A stretch of DNA of 64,000 bases from a virus, in IMG/VR virus record IMGVR_UViG_3300032516_000004, positions 96,001 to 160,000 of that record. One strand, given 5' to 3'. Below the pieces are notes generated by a model, which had not been told where the DNA came from, did no database searches, and saw nothing but the letters and a program-made list of their open reading frames with translations. This document shows positions 51,558 to 61,600 of this stretch, piece by piece. The stretch's first letter is position 1; every line of letters starts with the position of its first letter. The translations under genes and the position numbers were made by a program.

Positions 51558-51761
51558 ATGTCATTTAAAGAAACGTATAATGATATTATATGCAATCGTA
51601 AGAAGTTGTCGATAACCATAGATGTTGTAAGTCTTATGTTTTTTATAACATTCATGTGGTATGTGTGGGTAGCCAGTTCAACGATTGAAAGATTACTTGC
51701 CTTAATTGGTATGTTTTTAGTGCTTAGGGGAAATAATTACGCACATGAAGGAAAATTTTAA
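51558..51761 (+). CDS. Small two-TM membrane protein
   Basis: Two hydrophobic segments. Confidence 0.5.
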   Translation: MSFKETYNDIICNRKKLSITIDVVSLMFFITFMWYVWVASSTIERLLALIGMFLVLRGNNYAHEGKF

Positions 51762-51825
51762 GCTTAGAATGATGAATACATAGTTGTGAGCAAACCATAG
51801 GAATTATGAAAACAGCGGTGGAATC

Positions 51826-52440
51826 ATGAGAATATATTTAGCAGGCCCCATTGATATGGTGGTAGATCGTGGTGCTGATTGGCGAGACACACTTAAGAAG
51901 AACATGAATGGAAATAAGAGTGTTGTGTTCTTTGATCCTGTAGTGCCATACCATTTTAATGGTATTACACCATCAATTTCTGCCTACATACATGACATAA
52001 ATATGTTTGCTCTATATGAGTCTGATGTGGTGGTGGCTAGAATTATGAAGGATCAGGTTTCTATAGGAACCCCCATAGAATTATATGAGGCTATTAAGAA
52101 GAATAAGCCTATTATTCTAATTACTGACATGGACACGTCGGTGTATATGAATTATATTGGCAGCAGGTCCATTAAAGTTGATAATGTTTATGACGTGGGC
52201 ACTAAAATCGTAGAACTACAAAGAACCTGTAAATGTGGTGGCATGGATGCTCCAGACGGGACGCAGCATCAATGTATCCTCAAGAAAATTGATGAAGATT
52301 CTTCACGACTCTTAAAGCAACTAGAAAAACCTGGCAGCAATTTAAGTGGAGAATTAATGAAGGACGATTATGGTAATCTGGTACCAGTAAGTTTACGAAA
52401 ACTGAAGTTCGTGGGTGATAAGAAGGAAGACGAAGAATGA
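51826..52440 (+). CDS. Nucleoside 2-deoxyribosyltransferase / nucleotide N-glycosidase family protein
   Basis: IYLAGP, FFDP, DINMFAL..SDVVVA, SIGTPIEL..A..KNKPII. Confidence 0.8.
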   Translation: MRIYLAGPIDMVVDRGADWRDTLKKNMNGNKSVVFFDPVVPYHFNGITPSISAYIHDINMFALYESDVVVARIMKDQVSIGTPIELYEAIKKNKPIILITDMDTSVYMNYIGSRSIKVDNVYDVGTKIVELQRTCKCGGMDAPDGTQHQCILKKIDEDSSRLLKQLEKPGSNLSGELMKDDYGNLVPVSLRKLKFVGDKKEDEE

Positions 52441-52949
52441 TTCCAGAACTGCAACACACACGATACTTTTTGTGTCCGTCGTGTAATCAGTATAAGTTTG
52501 AAGTAGAGCATTTGATGGGCAATAATACTTCGTTTGGGCCATGGTATTGTGAGACAGATCGTTGCGATTGTGTGGTTCGAGGTCAGGTGCAAGATGGGAA
52601 AGTTACCGTTGAACAATCAGAACGAGATGGAAATCAATACTCCACGCTATCTTTATTGAAATTTAGAGATATTTATTTAGTGGTTAAACATAGTGTAATT
52701 GGCGACCAAAATGGACATATTGATCATTGGGATTATTTCTTCCATAGTCATCAGTGTCCCAGTAATTTATTCAGAACAGTAACTCACGTATTTGATAATC
52801 AAGAGAGTGATCCACATGGAATTGTGAGGTTTGTGGCCAGTATACCAGGAACAGATACTAATCACAGTAAAATAGATGAGACATACACTACCAATGATTT
52901 GTTAGTATTATTCAAAACCAATGGGGAACTACCGCCTAGTGAGTGGTAA
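52437..52949 (+). CDS. Hypothetical Cys-rich protein
   Basis: CPSC, GPWYC..C.C, FHSHQCP. Confidence 0.55.
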   Translation: MIPELQHTRYFLCPSCNQYKFEVEHLMGNNTSFGPWYCETDRCDCVVRGQVQDGKVTVEQSERDGNQYSTLSLLKFRDIYLVVKHSVIGDQNGHIDHWDYFFHSHQCPSNLFRTVTHVFDNQESDPHGIVRFVASIPGTDTNHSKIDETYTTNDLLVLFKTNGELPPSEW

Positions 52950-53016
52950 CCTGAAAATAAAGGTGTACTTGATTGGATCGCTAATCTCCGTAGAAATTCG
53001 AAAACCAGAGAAAATA

Positions 53017-53514
53017 ATGAATAAGATTGTATTTTGGTTATTTGGTGTATTGCCACGCATTCTATTTAGAGAATTGAAAATCAAGGTAGATCCTAGATGT
53101 CCAAATAGGCAACCAATTTTGCCCCCAGCTAAACCAGGTGATGTTGGTATGGACATGGTTTGCTGGGTTGACGATATTAATTGTAAGATATCTGTTCCAC
53201 CACATAAAATGGTGAATGTACCAATAGGTGCCAGCATTAAGCTACCACCAAATACTTGGGGCTCTATTAGATCAAGATCTAGCACATTTGCCAAACGAGA
53301 ACTGTTTGTAATGGACGGCACTATAGATGAAGCGTATGTTGGCCCATTGTTCATTTACGTGTGGAACCCAGGGTCAAAAGCACATGAAATTTCAAATGGT
53401 GAACGGTTAGCTCAGTTGATAATCATGCCGAGGATTGTTCCAAAACTTAAATATGTGGATGAACTTCCTGTAACAGAACGAGCAGAAACCGGGTTTGGAT
53501 CGACAGGATATTAA
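53017..53514 (+). CDS. dut: Trimeric dUTPase (start may extend to 52921)
   Basis: PAKPGDVGMD, RSRSS, GTIDEAYVG, GERLAQL, RAETGFGSTG. Confidence 0.9.
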   Translation: MNKIVFWLFGVLPRILFRELKIKVDPRCPNRQPILPPAKPGDVGMDMVCWVDDINCKISVPPHKMVNVPIGASIKLPPNTWGSIRSRSSTFAKRELFVMDGTIDEAYVGPLFIYVWNPGSKAHEISNGERLAQLIIMPRIVPKLKYVDELPVTERAETGFGSTGY

Positions 53515-53515
53515 T

Positions 53516-53950
53516 ATGCGTAAATCACGAACACGTAAAAAGTGTAAGAGTGCAATCAAGAAACTTACTTCTGTGTTTGAGAAACCCGTTGAATCACTTT
53601 CTGAGATAGCAGTGTGGGAGATCCAAGAAGAGGAAGATAGGCGGTGTCTTGATTTATTGTGTAGAAGGGTTACCGAAATGAAAGCAAAACACGATGTAAA
53701 GGAAGGGCGATTGTTAACTACAAAAGATGTTGAAATGGTAGATCATCCGGCTCATTATGGGGGTGCCGATAATCCATATGAGGCCATCAAGGTAATTGAA
53801 GCGTGGGGTCTTGGATTTCATCTCGGGTCGGCGGTGAAGTATATTTCACGTCTCAATAAAAAGGCCGGGAATTCAGGGTTACAAGACGCCCGTAAGTGTT
53901 TGTGGTATATTAAGCGATATGTTGAACTACTTGAGAAAAAGAACGCGTGA
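53516..53950 (+). CDS. DUF3310-like protein
   Basis: VDHPAHY...EAIKVIE..GFHLGSAVKYISR..KK...QDARKCLWY. Confidence 0.8.
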   Translation: MRKSRTRKKCKSAIKKLTSVFEKPVESLSEIAVWEIQEEEDRRCLDLLCRRVTEMKAKHDVKEGRLLTTKDVEMVDHPAHYGGADNPYEAIKVIEAWGLGFHLGSAVKYISRLNKKAGNSGLQDARKCLWYIKRYVELLEKKNA

Positions 53951-54285
53951 TTGTTATTCCATTATATGATTCTACTGGTGAATATGGATATACCACCAAT
54001 TTTAATTCTACGAGTACCGGTACTGACTATATAGTTCCAATTCGTCGTGGTTCAATCTCGTGCACTTATGCGGCAGACGAGCCAAGACCAGAACCTAGTC
54101 GTGACGCCAAATGGGAGGCTTACCTAGCTAAGCGAGCCCTGTCTATTGCTGGTCAAAATAAATGTTTGGCACAACATAATGATTTTCGATATCGAGCAAA
54201 TTATACTCCGGAATGTAAACGATATTTTAGACTAGGACGTTCGCCAGCAAACACCGGAGTACAATATCGAGCAGGTAAACAATGA
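53947..54285 (+). CDS. Hypothetical protein
   Basis: Coupled ORF. Confidence 0.45.
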   Translation: MIVIPLYDSTGEYGYTTNFNSTSTGTDYIVPIRRGSISCTYAADEPRPEPSRDAKWEAYLAKRALSIAGQNKCLAQHNDFRYRANYTPECKRYFRLGRSPANTGVQYRAGKQ

Positions 54286-54587
54286 GTAGAGTTCATTATA
54301 ATATTGAATGTAATGGTGTTTTTCCAACTTTGGTTGATGAGGCCAAATGTATACGATGTAGGAAAATTAGGAATAAAAAAGTTATCCTTCAACCCCAGGA
54401 ATTCGACGTTGAAGTGGCGGGCAAAAATGGGATTCGTGTACGTGGCACAAGTTCACACGATTGTATGATTGAGTTCAAAGATGGTGACGAGTGGAAACCA
54501 TTGAAATACGTACAGAGCCTCACAATTGAATTAAACGTAGATAATCCGCTCCCTAAAATTAAAATCGGGTATATTGTGGTGTCATAA
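54282..54587 (+). CDS. Hypothetical protein
   Basis: Coupled ORF. Confidence 0.55.
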   Translation: MSRVHYNIECNGVFPTLVDEAKCIRCRKIRNKKVILQPQEFDVEVAGKNGIRVRGTSSHDCMIEFKDGDEWKPLKYVQSLTIELNVDNPLPKIKIGYIVVS

Positions 54588-54883
54588 TGAATGAACCAGT
54601 GATAGACGATGTTCCGATGAAAGAATTTCTAGAACATGTTAAGTATGTGTATCAGAATAGTATTTGTAAATATTCTGCGTCAGATAGAACTTATGAGTCT
54701 GAGTTATTTTATGTGTTGATTCCACAAATGATTAAGAGGCTGGGACAGGCGGCTGATCTTAGTTGTGTACCACGAGAAATATTACAAAGAATAGATAGGT
54801 TAGAAGCAGTAACCATGCTTATGAAATCTGGAGTTGAAGCAGCGGTTCGATCGGCTGGATTAGAATACAAGGAAACTAAGTGA
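54587..54883 (+). CDS. Hypothetical protein
   Basis: Coupled ORF. Confidence 0.55.
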   Translation: MNEPVIDDVPMKEFLEHVKYVYQNSICKYSASDRTYESELFYVLIPQMIKRLGQAADLSCVPREILQRIDRLEAVTMLMKSGVEAAVRSAGLEYKETK

Positions 54884-55107
54884 AATTTCCATTATGCTCA
54901 GAAGTGTGTTCAGATTGTAAATCTGGTAATCATATATTTCATGTCTTGAATGAGCTTGGTGACATGTGGGCGGAGAAAGTAACCATCAGTGTTGATGGTG
55001 AAACCCGTGAAGTAATAAGAATTTTTGGTCATGCAGAAGATGAATTGTGGTTTGAAGATCTACTCAAAATGGTTACATATATAATGACTAAAGATAGGGC
55101 ACCATAA
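54880..55107 (+). CDS. Hypothetical protein
   Basis: Coupled ORF. Confidence 0.5.
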   Translation: MKFPLCSEVCSDCKSGNHIFHVLNELGDMWAEKVTISVDGETREVIRIFGHAEDELWFEDLLKMVTYIMTKDRAP

Positions 55108-55237
55108 TGTTTTATCAAGAATTCGAACGTAATAGACAGGAATTTGTTAAGTATTTAGAAAAACTTCGTGAACACATATTTAGTTTAATAGAGAAGCACA
55201 ATGTGATAACAAGAGGTTTGCGTAAGGACATTAAATA

Positions 55238-55666
55238 ATGTTTACTAGAAGACCAGTTAGATGTTTACTTGAGTCAAATGGTGATATCCACGTAATATTT
55301 GATGATAATGGTGAACACTTGATTCTTGATTTATTAACTTCTGGTTTATCAGTAGGAAGACACGGTGGAACTGGTAATCCAAATGATTTCAGTGTTTATT
55401 TCAATGACAATGTGGTACCACCATTACAAGTAGGTGAAATAATATGGTGTTTTTGTATTGGATGTGGCATGGATCATTTGGGTTGGCCTGGTGAGTGTAC
55501 TTGTGGTAATAAAACATATGAAAAACTTGGAACCATGCAAGGCGCAAAATGGCGTCACATCAGGTTTGGTAATAATTTTAAACATAAAGCTGTTAATTGG
55601 ATTTGGAATAAAGCTGAATATGAAGAAGCTGTTAGAAAATTAAATAAGTTATTGTGGGGGATATAA
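55238..55666 (+). CDS. Hypothetical protein
   Basis: 142-aa ORF with C..C..C.C cluster. Confidence 0.55.
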   Translation: MFTRRPVRCLLESNGDIHVIFDDNGEHLILDLLTSGLSVGRHGGTGNPNDFSVYFNDNVVPPLQVGEIIWCFCIGCGMDHLGWPGECTCGNKTYEKLGTMQGAKWRHIRFGNNFKHKAVNWIWNKAEYEEAVRKLNKLLWGI

Positions 55667-55668
55667 TA

Positions 55669-56337
55669 ATGAAGATAGTCGCGACATCATATGTGGTTGA
55701 GGATCCAGATCACGGGACTAATGGTATGGATTTATTGCGTCGGATTGAACGTTCTGGTAGAACCTGCTATAAGAGTGAAGAGCAAAATTCTCGTATTGGC
55801 TATATGGCGGGTGGATGGGATCCCGAGAAAACCAAAAAATTTGTGAAAATGTTAATTGAACGTAGTCATGAGTCGGTGCTCGAGCATGAAAAACTTACGG
55901 TGCGTATTATATTTGACCGTGGCTGCTCGCATGAGTTAGTCAGACATCGAATTGCAAGCTTTAGTCAAGAAAGTACTCGATATTGTAATTATTCAAAGGA
56001 CAAATTTGGTAACGAAGTAACATTTATTGATCTACGACATCTTTTGAAGAATCCAAAATCCGCTGATGTGTGGCTGCGAGCACTTAAACAATCGGAAGAG
56101 AATTATTTGGAGATGTTGGATCTTGGTGAATCTCCACAGATAGCTCGATCTGTGTTAGTAAATAGTCTGAAAACGGAACTTGTAATTACAGGAAATATTA
56201 GAGAATGGCGGCTAATATTTAAACAACGTACATCAAGTGCAGCCCACCCACAGATGCGTGAAATTATGATTCCGTTACTTAAAGAATTGCAACAACGTAT
56301 TCCAATAGTCTTTGACGACATAAAAGAAAATGCCTAG
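55669..56337 (+). CDS. thyX: FAD-dependent thymidylate synthase
   Basis: HESVLEH, RGCSHELVRHRIASFSQESTRY, ARSVL, N.REWR, AHPQMR. Confidence 0.93.
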   Translation: MKIVATSYVVEDPDHGTNGMDLLRRIERSGRTCYKSEEQNSRIGYMAGGWDPEKTKKFVKMLIERSHESVLEHEKLTVRIIFDRGCSHELVRHRIASFSQESTRYCNYSKDKFGNEVTFIDLRHLLKNPKSADVWLRALKQSEENYLEMLDLGESPQIARSVLVNSLKTELVITGNIREWRLIFKQRTSSAAHPQMREIMIPLLKELQQRIPIVFDDIKENA

Positions 56338-56521
56338 ATTAATTACAATATTCTTATTTTTGGTGTCGTGTGCGGCACCAAATCAAAATCAAGGAGTCTG
56401 TCTTTATGGTGACTTTATCCCCTATTATGAATTGGTGGGGCCGGTCCAAGATCCTATTAAAGAAGTGATGCAGAGGGCTGAAGTAATTAAATGTGTTGAC
56501 GGGAAGATCTCGCAGAAGTAA
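56330..56521 (+). CDS. Small putative lipoprotein
   Basis: MPRLITIFLFLVSCAA: signal peptide with LVSC lipobox. Confidence 0.55.
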   Translation: MPRLITIFLFLVSCAAPNQNQGVCLYGDFIPYYELVGPVQDPIKEVMQRAEVIKCVDGKISQK

Positions 56522-56524
56522 AAT

Positions 56525-56713
56525 ATGATTTCCATGCCAATTACGGCTGACATATTATTAGCATTACTCGCAAAAATAGTGGCAAGATATCCTAACGCAG
56601 AAGTCAAGTCTGTCATTATATGGCCTAATCACTGGCTTATGTTTGTGGTTAATAATGAAATAGTCGCTAAATTATGCGTTGAAACTGGCGAGATAAAATG
56701 GTCCGTAAAATAA
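56525..56713 (+). CDS. Hypothetical protein
   Basis: 62-aa ORF. Confidence 0.4.
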   Translation: MISMPITADILLALLAKIVARYPNAEVKSVIIWPNHWLMFVVNNEIVAKLCVETGEIKWSVK

Positions 56714-57054
56714 CATTGACCAAACAACAATTTAAATTGGCCCGTCGTTTACGAGGTCGAGTTAGCAGTCAAATAAGACGTATCACCAAAGGTAAATGTA
56801 AAGCTGGCTCTGCGGTTAGTGACCTCGGGTGCTCTCTTAAGTTTCTCAAAGAATACCTCGAAAAACAATTCCAACCTGGCATGATTTGGGAAAACCATGG
56901 TTTATATGGATGGCATATAGATCATATTAAACCATTAGTCGATTTTGATCTTACTGACAGAGAGCAATTCTTACAGGCTTGCCACTATACAAACTTGCAG
57001 CCATTGTGGGCCAAGGATAACACGAGTAAGTGGATTCGACATGTCAAAAAATAA
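56698..57054 (+). CDS. HNH-like endonuclease
   Basis: GMIWENHG..WHIDHIKPL..FDL...CHYTNLQPLWAKDN. Confidence 0.8.
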   Translation: MVRKITLTKQQFKLARRLRGRVSSQIRRITKGKCKAGSAVSDLGCSLKFLKEYLEKQFQPGMIWENHGLYGWHIDHIKPLVDFDLTDREQFLQACHYTNLQPLWAKDNTSKWIRHVKK

Positions 57055-57811
57055 TAAACAAAAATGTAACAGTTGTAGATATCTTGAAAAATGTTTTGCG
57101 CCTAGTGCGTCCCCACGAAATGTAACTCTCAATATACTTGCTTGTCGTATAAGAAACTCGATTGACAAAGAAGCTAGTTCAAAGTTATTGTTGGATATGG
57201 TTAGACCAGGAATTGTTAGATTAATTGCTAATGCTAGGGATAGGGTTGGTAGTGGTTATATAGATGTTGAATCACTACTGCCTGACATAGAGTCACGGGT
57301 AATAGAAAGTCTTCTCTCCGATGAGGGGTATAAGCTCGGCGAACGGAGCTACCTGTCAACGTTTTGGTTTGGAAACGACCCACGAACGGGTTGGATCAAG
57401 AAGTGGATACTATGGGGATTTTCTAAGGATCAAAGATTTTATAAACGTCATACACTATTTGGTGTGAACCCAAAATCGGATTCAGAAGAAGAAATATCTG
57501 AAGCAGACAGATCTGCGATTTGTGATTTCGAAACTAGTCAGCATGTTGAACCAGATGAATCATGCGCCGATGCCATTAACGCTATTAAAAATATTATTGA
57601 TGATGGCATTAGTCTTAATACTAATGAATATCGAGTGATATCATTTTGCATGGCACACGCTAACGAATCTAATAAAGCTAGATTAATAGATGGTACCCAT
57701 ACATATTTAGCTGAGGTTATGGGTGTGTCCAGGCCAAGAATTACACACTTATTTTTTATCTCTAAAGAGAAATTAAAACAAGAGGCTATAAATCGAGGAA
57801 TACAAATATGA
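57041..57811 (+). CDS. Sigma-70-like transcription factor
   Basis: N-terminal CNSC..C; C-terminal region-4 pattern LNTNEYRVI...LAEVMGVSRPRITHL...KEKLK. Confidence 0.5.
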   Translation: MSKNNKQKCNSCRYLEKCFAPSASPRNVTLNILACRIRNSIDKEASSKLLLDMVRPGIVRLIANARDRVGSGYIDVESLLPDIESRVIESLLSDEGYKLGERSYLSTFWFGNDPRTGWIKKWILWGFSKDQRFYKRHTLFGVNPKSDSEEEISEADRSAICDFETSQHVEPDESCADAINAIKNIIDDGISLNTNEYRVISFCMAHANESNKARLIDGTHTYLAEVMGVSRPRITHLFFISKEKLKQEAINRGIQI

Positions 57812-57931
57812 TTCATTCATTGCTTTGCCCGCATTGTATCATGGTTGCACTGGTGATTGGTATTCCATTGATTTCTAGTATTATACAAAGACTACATTAT
57901 AGACATAAATGTAAATGTAAAGGAGAAAAAC

Positions 57932-58567
57932 ATGAGAGGGAGTGCGGTCAACAACACCAAGGTTAATGCTAATCAAAAAATAGTTCCATGTTCTGTATGT
58001 AATGAGCCGGTATTAGTTGGAAAATTTGACAAAAAGGATCAAAAATGTGAAAAGTGTAAGAATATTCCTAAGGGACGAAATACAGCGGTAAGGAAGTTAC
58101 CATCAAAGCCAGTAGTAAAATTACCATCTAAACCAAGTTCATTTGCAGTCGCGCTTGGTGAGCTGGCTGTAAAATTAGGGTTTGAGATTAACGAGAAAAG
58201 GTTATGGAAGAAGAAATATGCTATAGATGGTGGGGGTGTTGCTACCGTACATATTATGATAGATATGGGGCTTTCTGGTCAAGAGCCACGAATTGGGTAT
58301 TTTAGTTTAACGGTACAGCGGGCTGTTGGTATTAATGATAACTTTAGAAAATTTATGCCGCCCGACGCAGCGTCTGATTGTGAACTTTTAGCGTCAGAAC
58401 TGGGCGGGGTAGAAATACAAAAACCACAAATTGGCCAAGAAAAGTGTGATCAGTGTGGTATTTTAACTGATCAATTTGGGGTAAAGGGAAATAAAGTTTT
58501 GTGTATACGAAAAGGTGGATGTTTCAAAAAAGCATTTACTAGTGGGGGAGCGGAATCCGTTGAATAA
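57932..58567 (+). CDS. Hypothetical protein with terminal Zn fingers
   Basis: AAGGAG SD; CSVC..CEKC and CDQC..C..C. Confidence 0.6.
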   Translation: MRGSAVNNTKVNANQKIVPCSVCNEPVLVGKFDKKDQKCEKCKNIPKGRNTAVRKLPSKPVVKLPSKPSSFAVALGELAVKLGFEINEKRLWKKKYAIDGGGVATVHIMIDMGLSGQEPRIGYFSLTVQRAVGINDNFRKFMPPDAASDCELLASELGGVEIQKPQIGQEKCDQCGILTDQFGVKGNKVLCIRKGGCFKKAFTSGGAESVE

Positions 58568-58646
58568 ATATACGTTGTAGTGATGTGAATTATAAGTTTG
58601 TATTGGAGATCATATGCACTATCAATGCTGTAGATCACTTTAGAAA

Positions 58647-61600
58647 ATGTCCGTAATATTTACGTCTGGTGAACCACAAATGTGGTTAAAAACTTGCGGG
58701 TGTCAAAATCCAGCAATTTATTGGAGCAGTGATTTTAATGCCAGAATTTGCGGTAATTGTGGTATGGTAATTATGGAAAAGCAGGGCGAAGAAGTCAAAA
58801 TTGATTTTGTGCACTTGGTTGTTCATACCCACCTAAGTTTTCTGAAGGCAACATGCAAAATTGAGGATTTAATTAATAAAGCCAAAGAATATGGTATGTC
58901 AGCTTTGGCCAAGACAGAATTAGGAAATTTATGTGGCGCACCGTCTTTTGTAAAAGAATGTAAAGAAGCTGGTATTAAACCTATTTTAGGTACCACATTT
59001 AATACAAAAATTGGTGAAATATTTCATCCTATTACTATTATAGCCACTAATCATGCGGGGTATAAGAATTTAGTGCGTCTTAATACGTTAGCATGGCAAA
59101 TTAGGTTTGGTAAGGAACACGGTCCGTCAATACAAATAAATGATATTATTAGTTCAGATGGCTTAATAGCCATTATTGGAGTAGAGCAATCTGGCCTGGG
59201 ATTCGAATCACTTGTTACCATGTTGGCGGGTAAGATACAGCCGACATTAGCAGCTACCTGGTACAACCAACAAGATAATGATAATTTAGCAATATTAAGA
59301 GTGGTGGCTGATAAGCTACATTTACCAGTTGTTGCCACTAATAATGTACGATATGTAAATCAGTCGGATCATGACGCATATAAAATAGCACTTAAAATAG
59401 GACACTACGATTATTTACTTCAAGATCCTGAATATTATTTTAAATCACCTGCTGAGATGGCCCAACTACCATTTGATGAAGAGTGGTATCGAAATACAAT
59501 TCGCATAGCTGATTCGGTACAAGATTATCAGATCATCAACAAGGAATTTATTGTACCAACCTTTAAGGATCAGAACGGTGAGTGGGGAATAGAAGAGTCA
59601 TTTGGAAAATTACAAATAGAAACCTGGAACGGGTTGGCTGCAAAAGGCTTAATTGATAAGCCAGAGTACATTAAGAGACTCGAGTATGAGCTTGACGTAA
59701 TTAAGAGAAAGAAATTTGCTAGTTACTTTCTAATCATTGCTGAGATTGTTGATTATATTAAATCCAGAGGTTGGCTATCTCCTTTTGGCAGGGGATCTTC
59801 TTGCGGAAGTATGATTTGTTATTGTCTTGATATTATAGCCATAGACCCTATTAAGTGGAGCATACCATTTGAACGATTTATTAATGAAGGTCGTATTGAT
59901 TTACCAGACATTGATACCGATATCACACAAGAAGGTCGCGGCGACGTATTAAAACATATTGCTGAAGTACATGGACATGATCGTGTGGCACAGATCGCTA
60001 CTTTTCAGACCATGGGTCTTAAGGCATCGATTGATAATGTAGGTAGAGCATTAGATGTTGCGTTTGTACAAAATAGAGAGCTACGCAATAAAATTCCTGA
60101 AGAGGTCGAAGAAATTGATGATCTATCAGACGATGTGAAGAAGGAACTCAATACAGTTAAGGGGTGGGCTGACAACGCTAAGTCTCTGTCTGGTATAACG
60201 AAGAATTTTGGTGTACACGCTGCTGGTATCGCAATCGCCAATAATCCAATAGGTGATTTGGTGCCACTATTGCCTGAGATTGATGGTGTTCAGGGTGTTC
60301 AATATGATATGAAAGACCTAGAAATACTTGGTCTATTAAAACTTGATATGTTAGGTTTGCGAAATCTTGATGTTATTCAAAATACCTTAGCCATAATTAA
60401 ACAGGTTCATAATGTAGACATTGATGTTCATAATCTTCCGTTAGATGATAATCAAACATATGATATGATATCTACTGGAGATTATGTTTCAGTATTCCAG
60501 CTTGATTCGCCGGGTTACAGGAAATTAGCTCGTCAACTTAAACCAGATAAATACGAACACATCATGGCCTTGAATGCCCTGTTCCGTCCAGGGCCACTTG
60601 GTGGTGGTATGACAGATGAATATGTTGAGAGAAGACATGGACGTAAACCTTCTGAGAGCATGCATCCATGGTTAGATGAAGATTTATCAACAACTTATCA
60701 GCTTATTGTATTCCAGGAGCAACTGTTGGCTTTAGCAAAGAAAATTGCTGGTTTTAATGGTGTTGAAGCAGATAAATTTAGACATGCCGTAGGTAAAAAG
60801 TCACAGGTAGAATTTGATAGGGCCATGTCTAAATTTAAAGACGGCGCTTTGAATAGAGAAGGTCTAATCCCTCCACCTGGATGTGGTAAATCTCTTGAGG
60901 CTTGGGTGGATGATCTTATAAAGAAAATATCCGGTCATGCACGTTACAGTTGGAACCGAGGGCACTGCCTGGATGGAAGCTCGTTAGTGTTAACATGTGG
61001 TCGTGGGTTGGTTCCAATTAAATATATAAATATCGGAGAAGAGGTTTGGTCAATTAGAGAGAAGACTGGAGATATTTTTAGAAATAGAGTTATGAATGTT
61101 ATTAACAATGGTAGGCGCGATACTGTGCGTGTTAGATCCAGCGATGGTAGAGAGCTTGTGACCACATCTAATCATAGGTATTTTACCTCCAAACAACAGT
61201 ATAAACACGCGTCTGAGCTGAACTATACTGATAGCCTGAAGATGCTTGATAAGGGGATTTTTAGAAGACATTTCAACATCTTTGTGACATCTATTACAAA
61301 CCGTAACAAGGTTCCATTCGTCGTCAGCCTTTACAATTTCATATGGTATAATGTGGTGAAGGCTAAGTCTTTTTTTGGTTCCACAAAAGACGCACATACA
61401 CCAATCTCGTTCAAGAAGTTTATATCTAAGAGATCTGCTAATTTTCCTAGTTTTTCGTATTTTAATACCAGATCGTCCATCTCTGAAGAACTTATAAATA
61501 CTTCTGGGATTAATAAAGATCTTTCTTTCAGCCAGTCTCCTAGAGATTGCAATTTGGCTTTTGTACCCCATACTTCTTATTTCAAGGATTGCCTTTCTTA

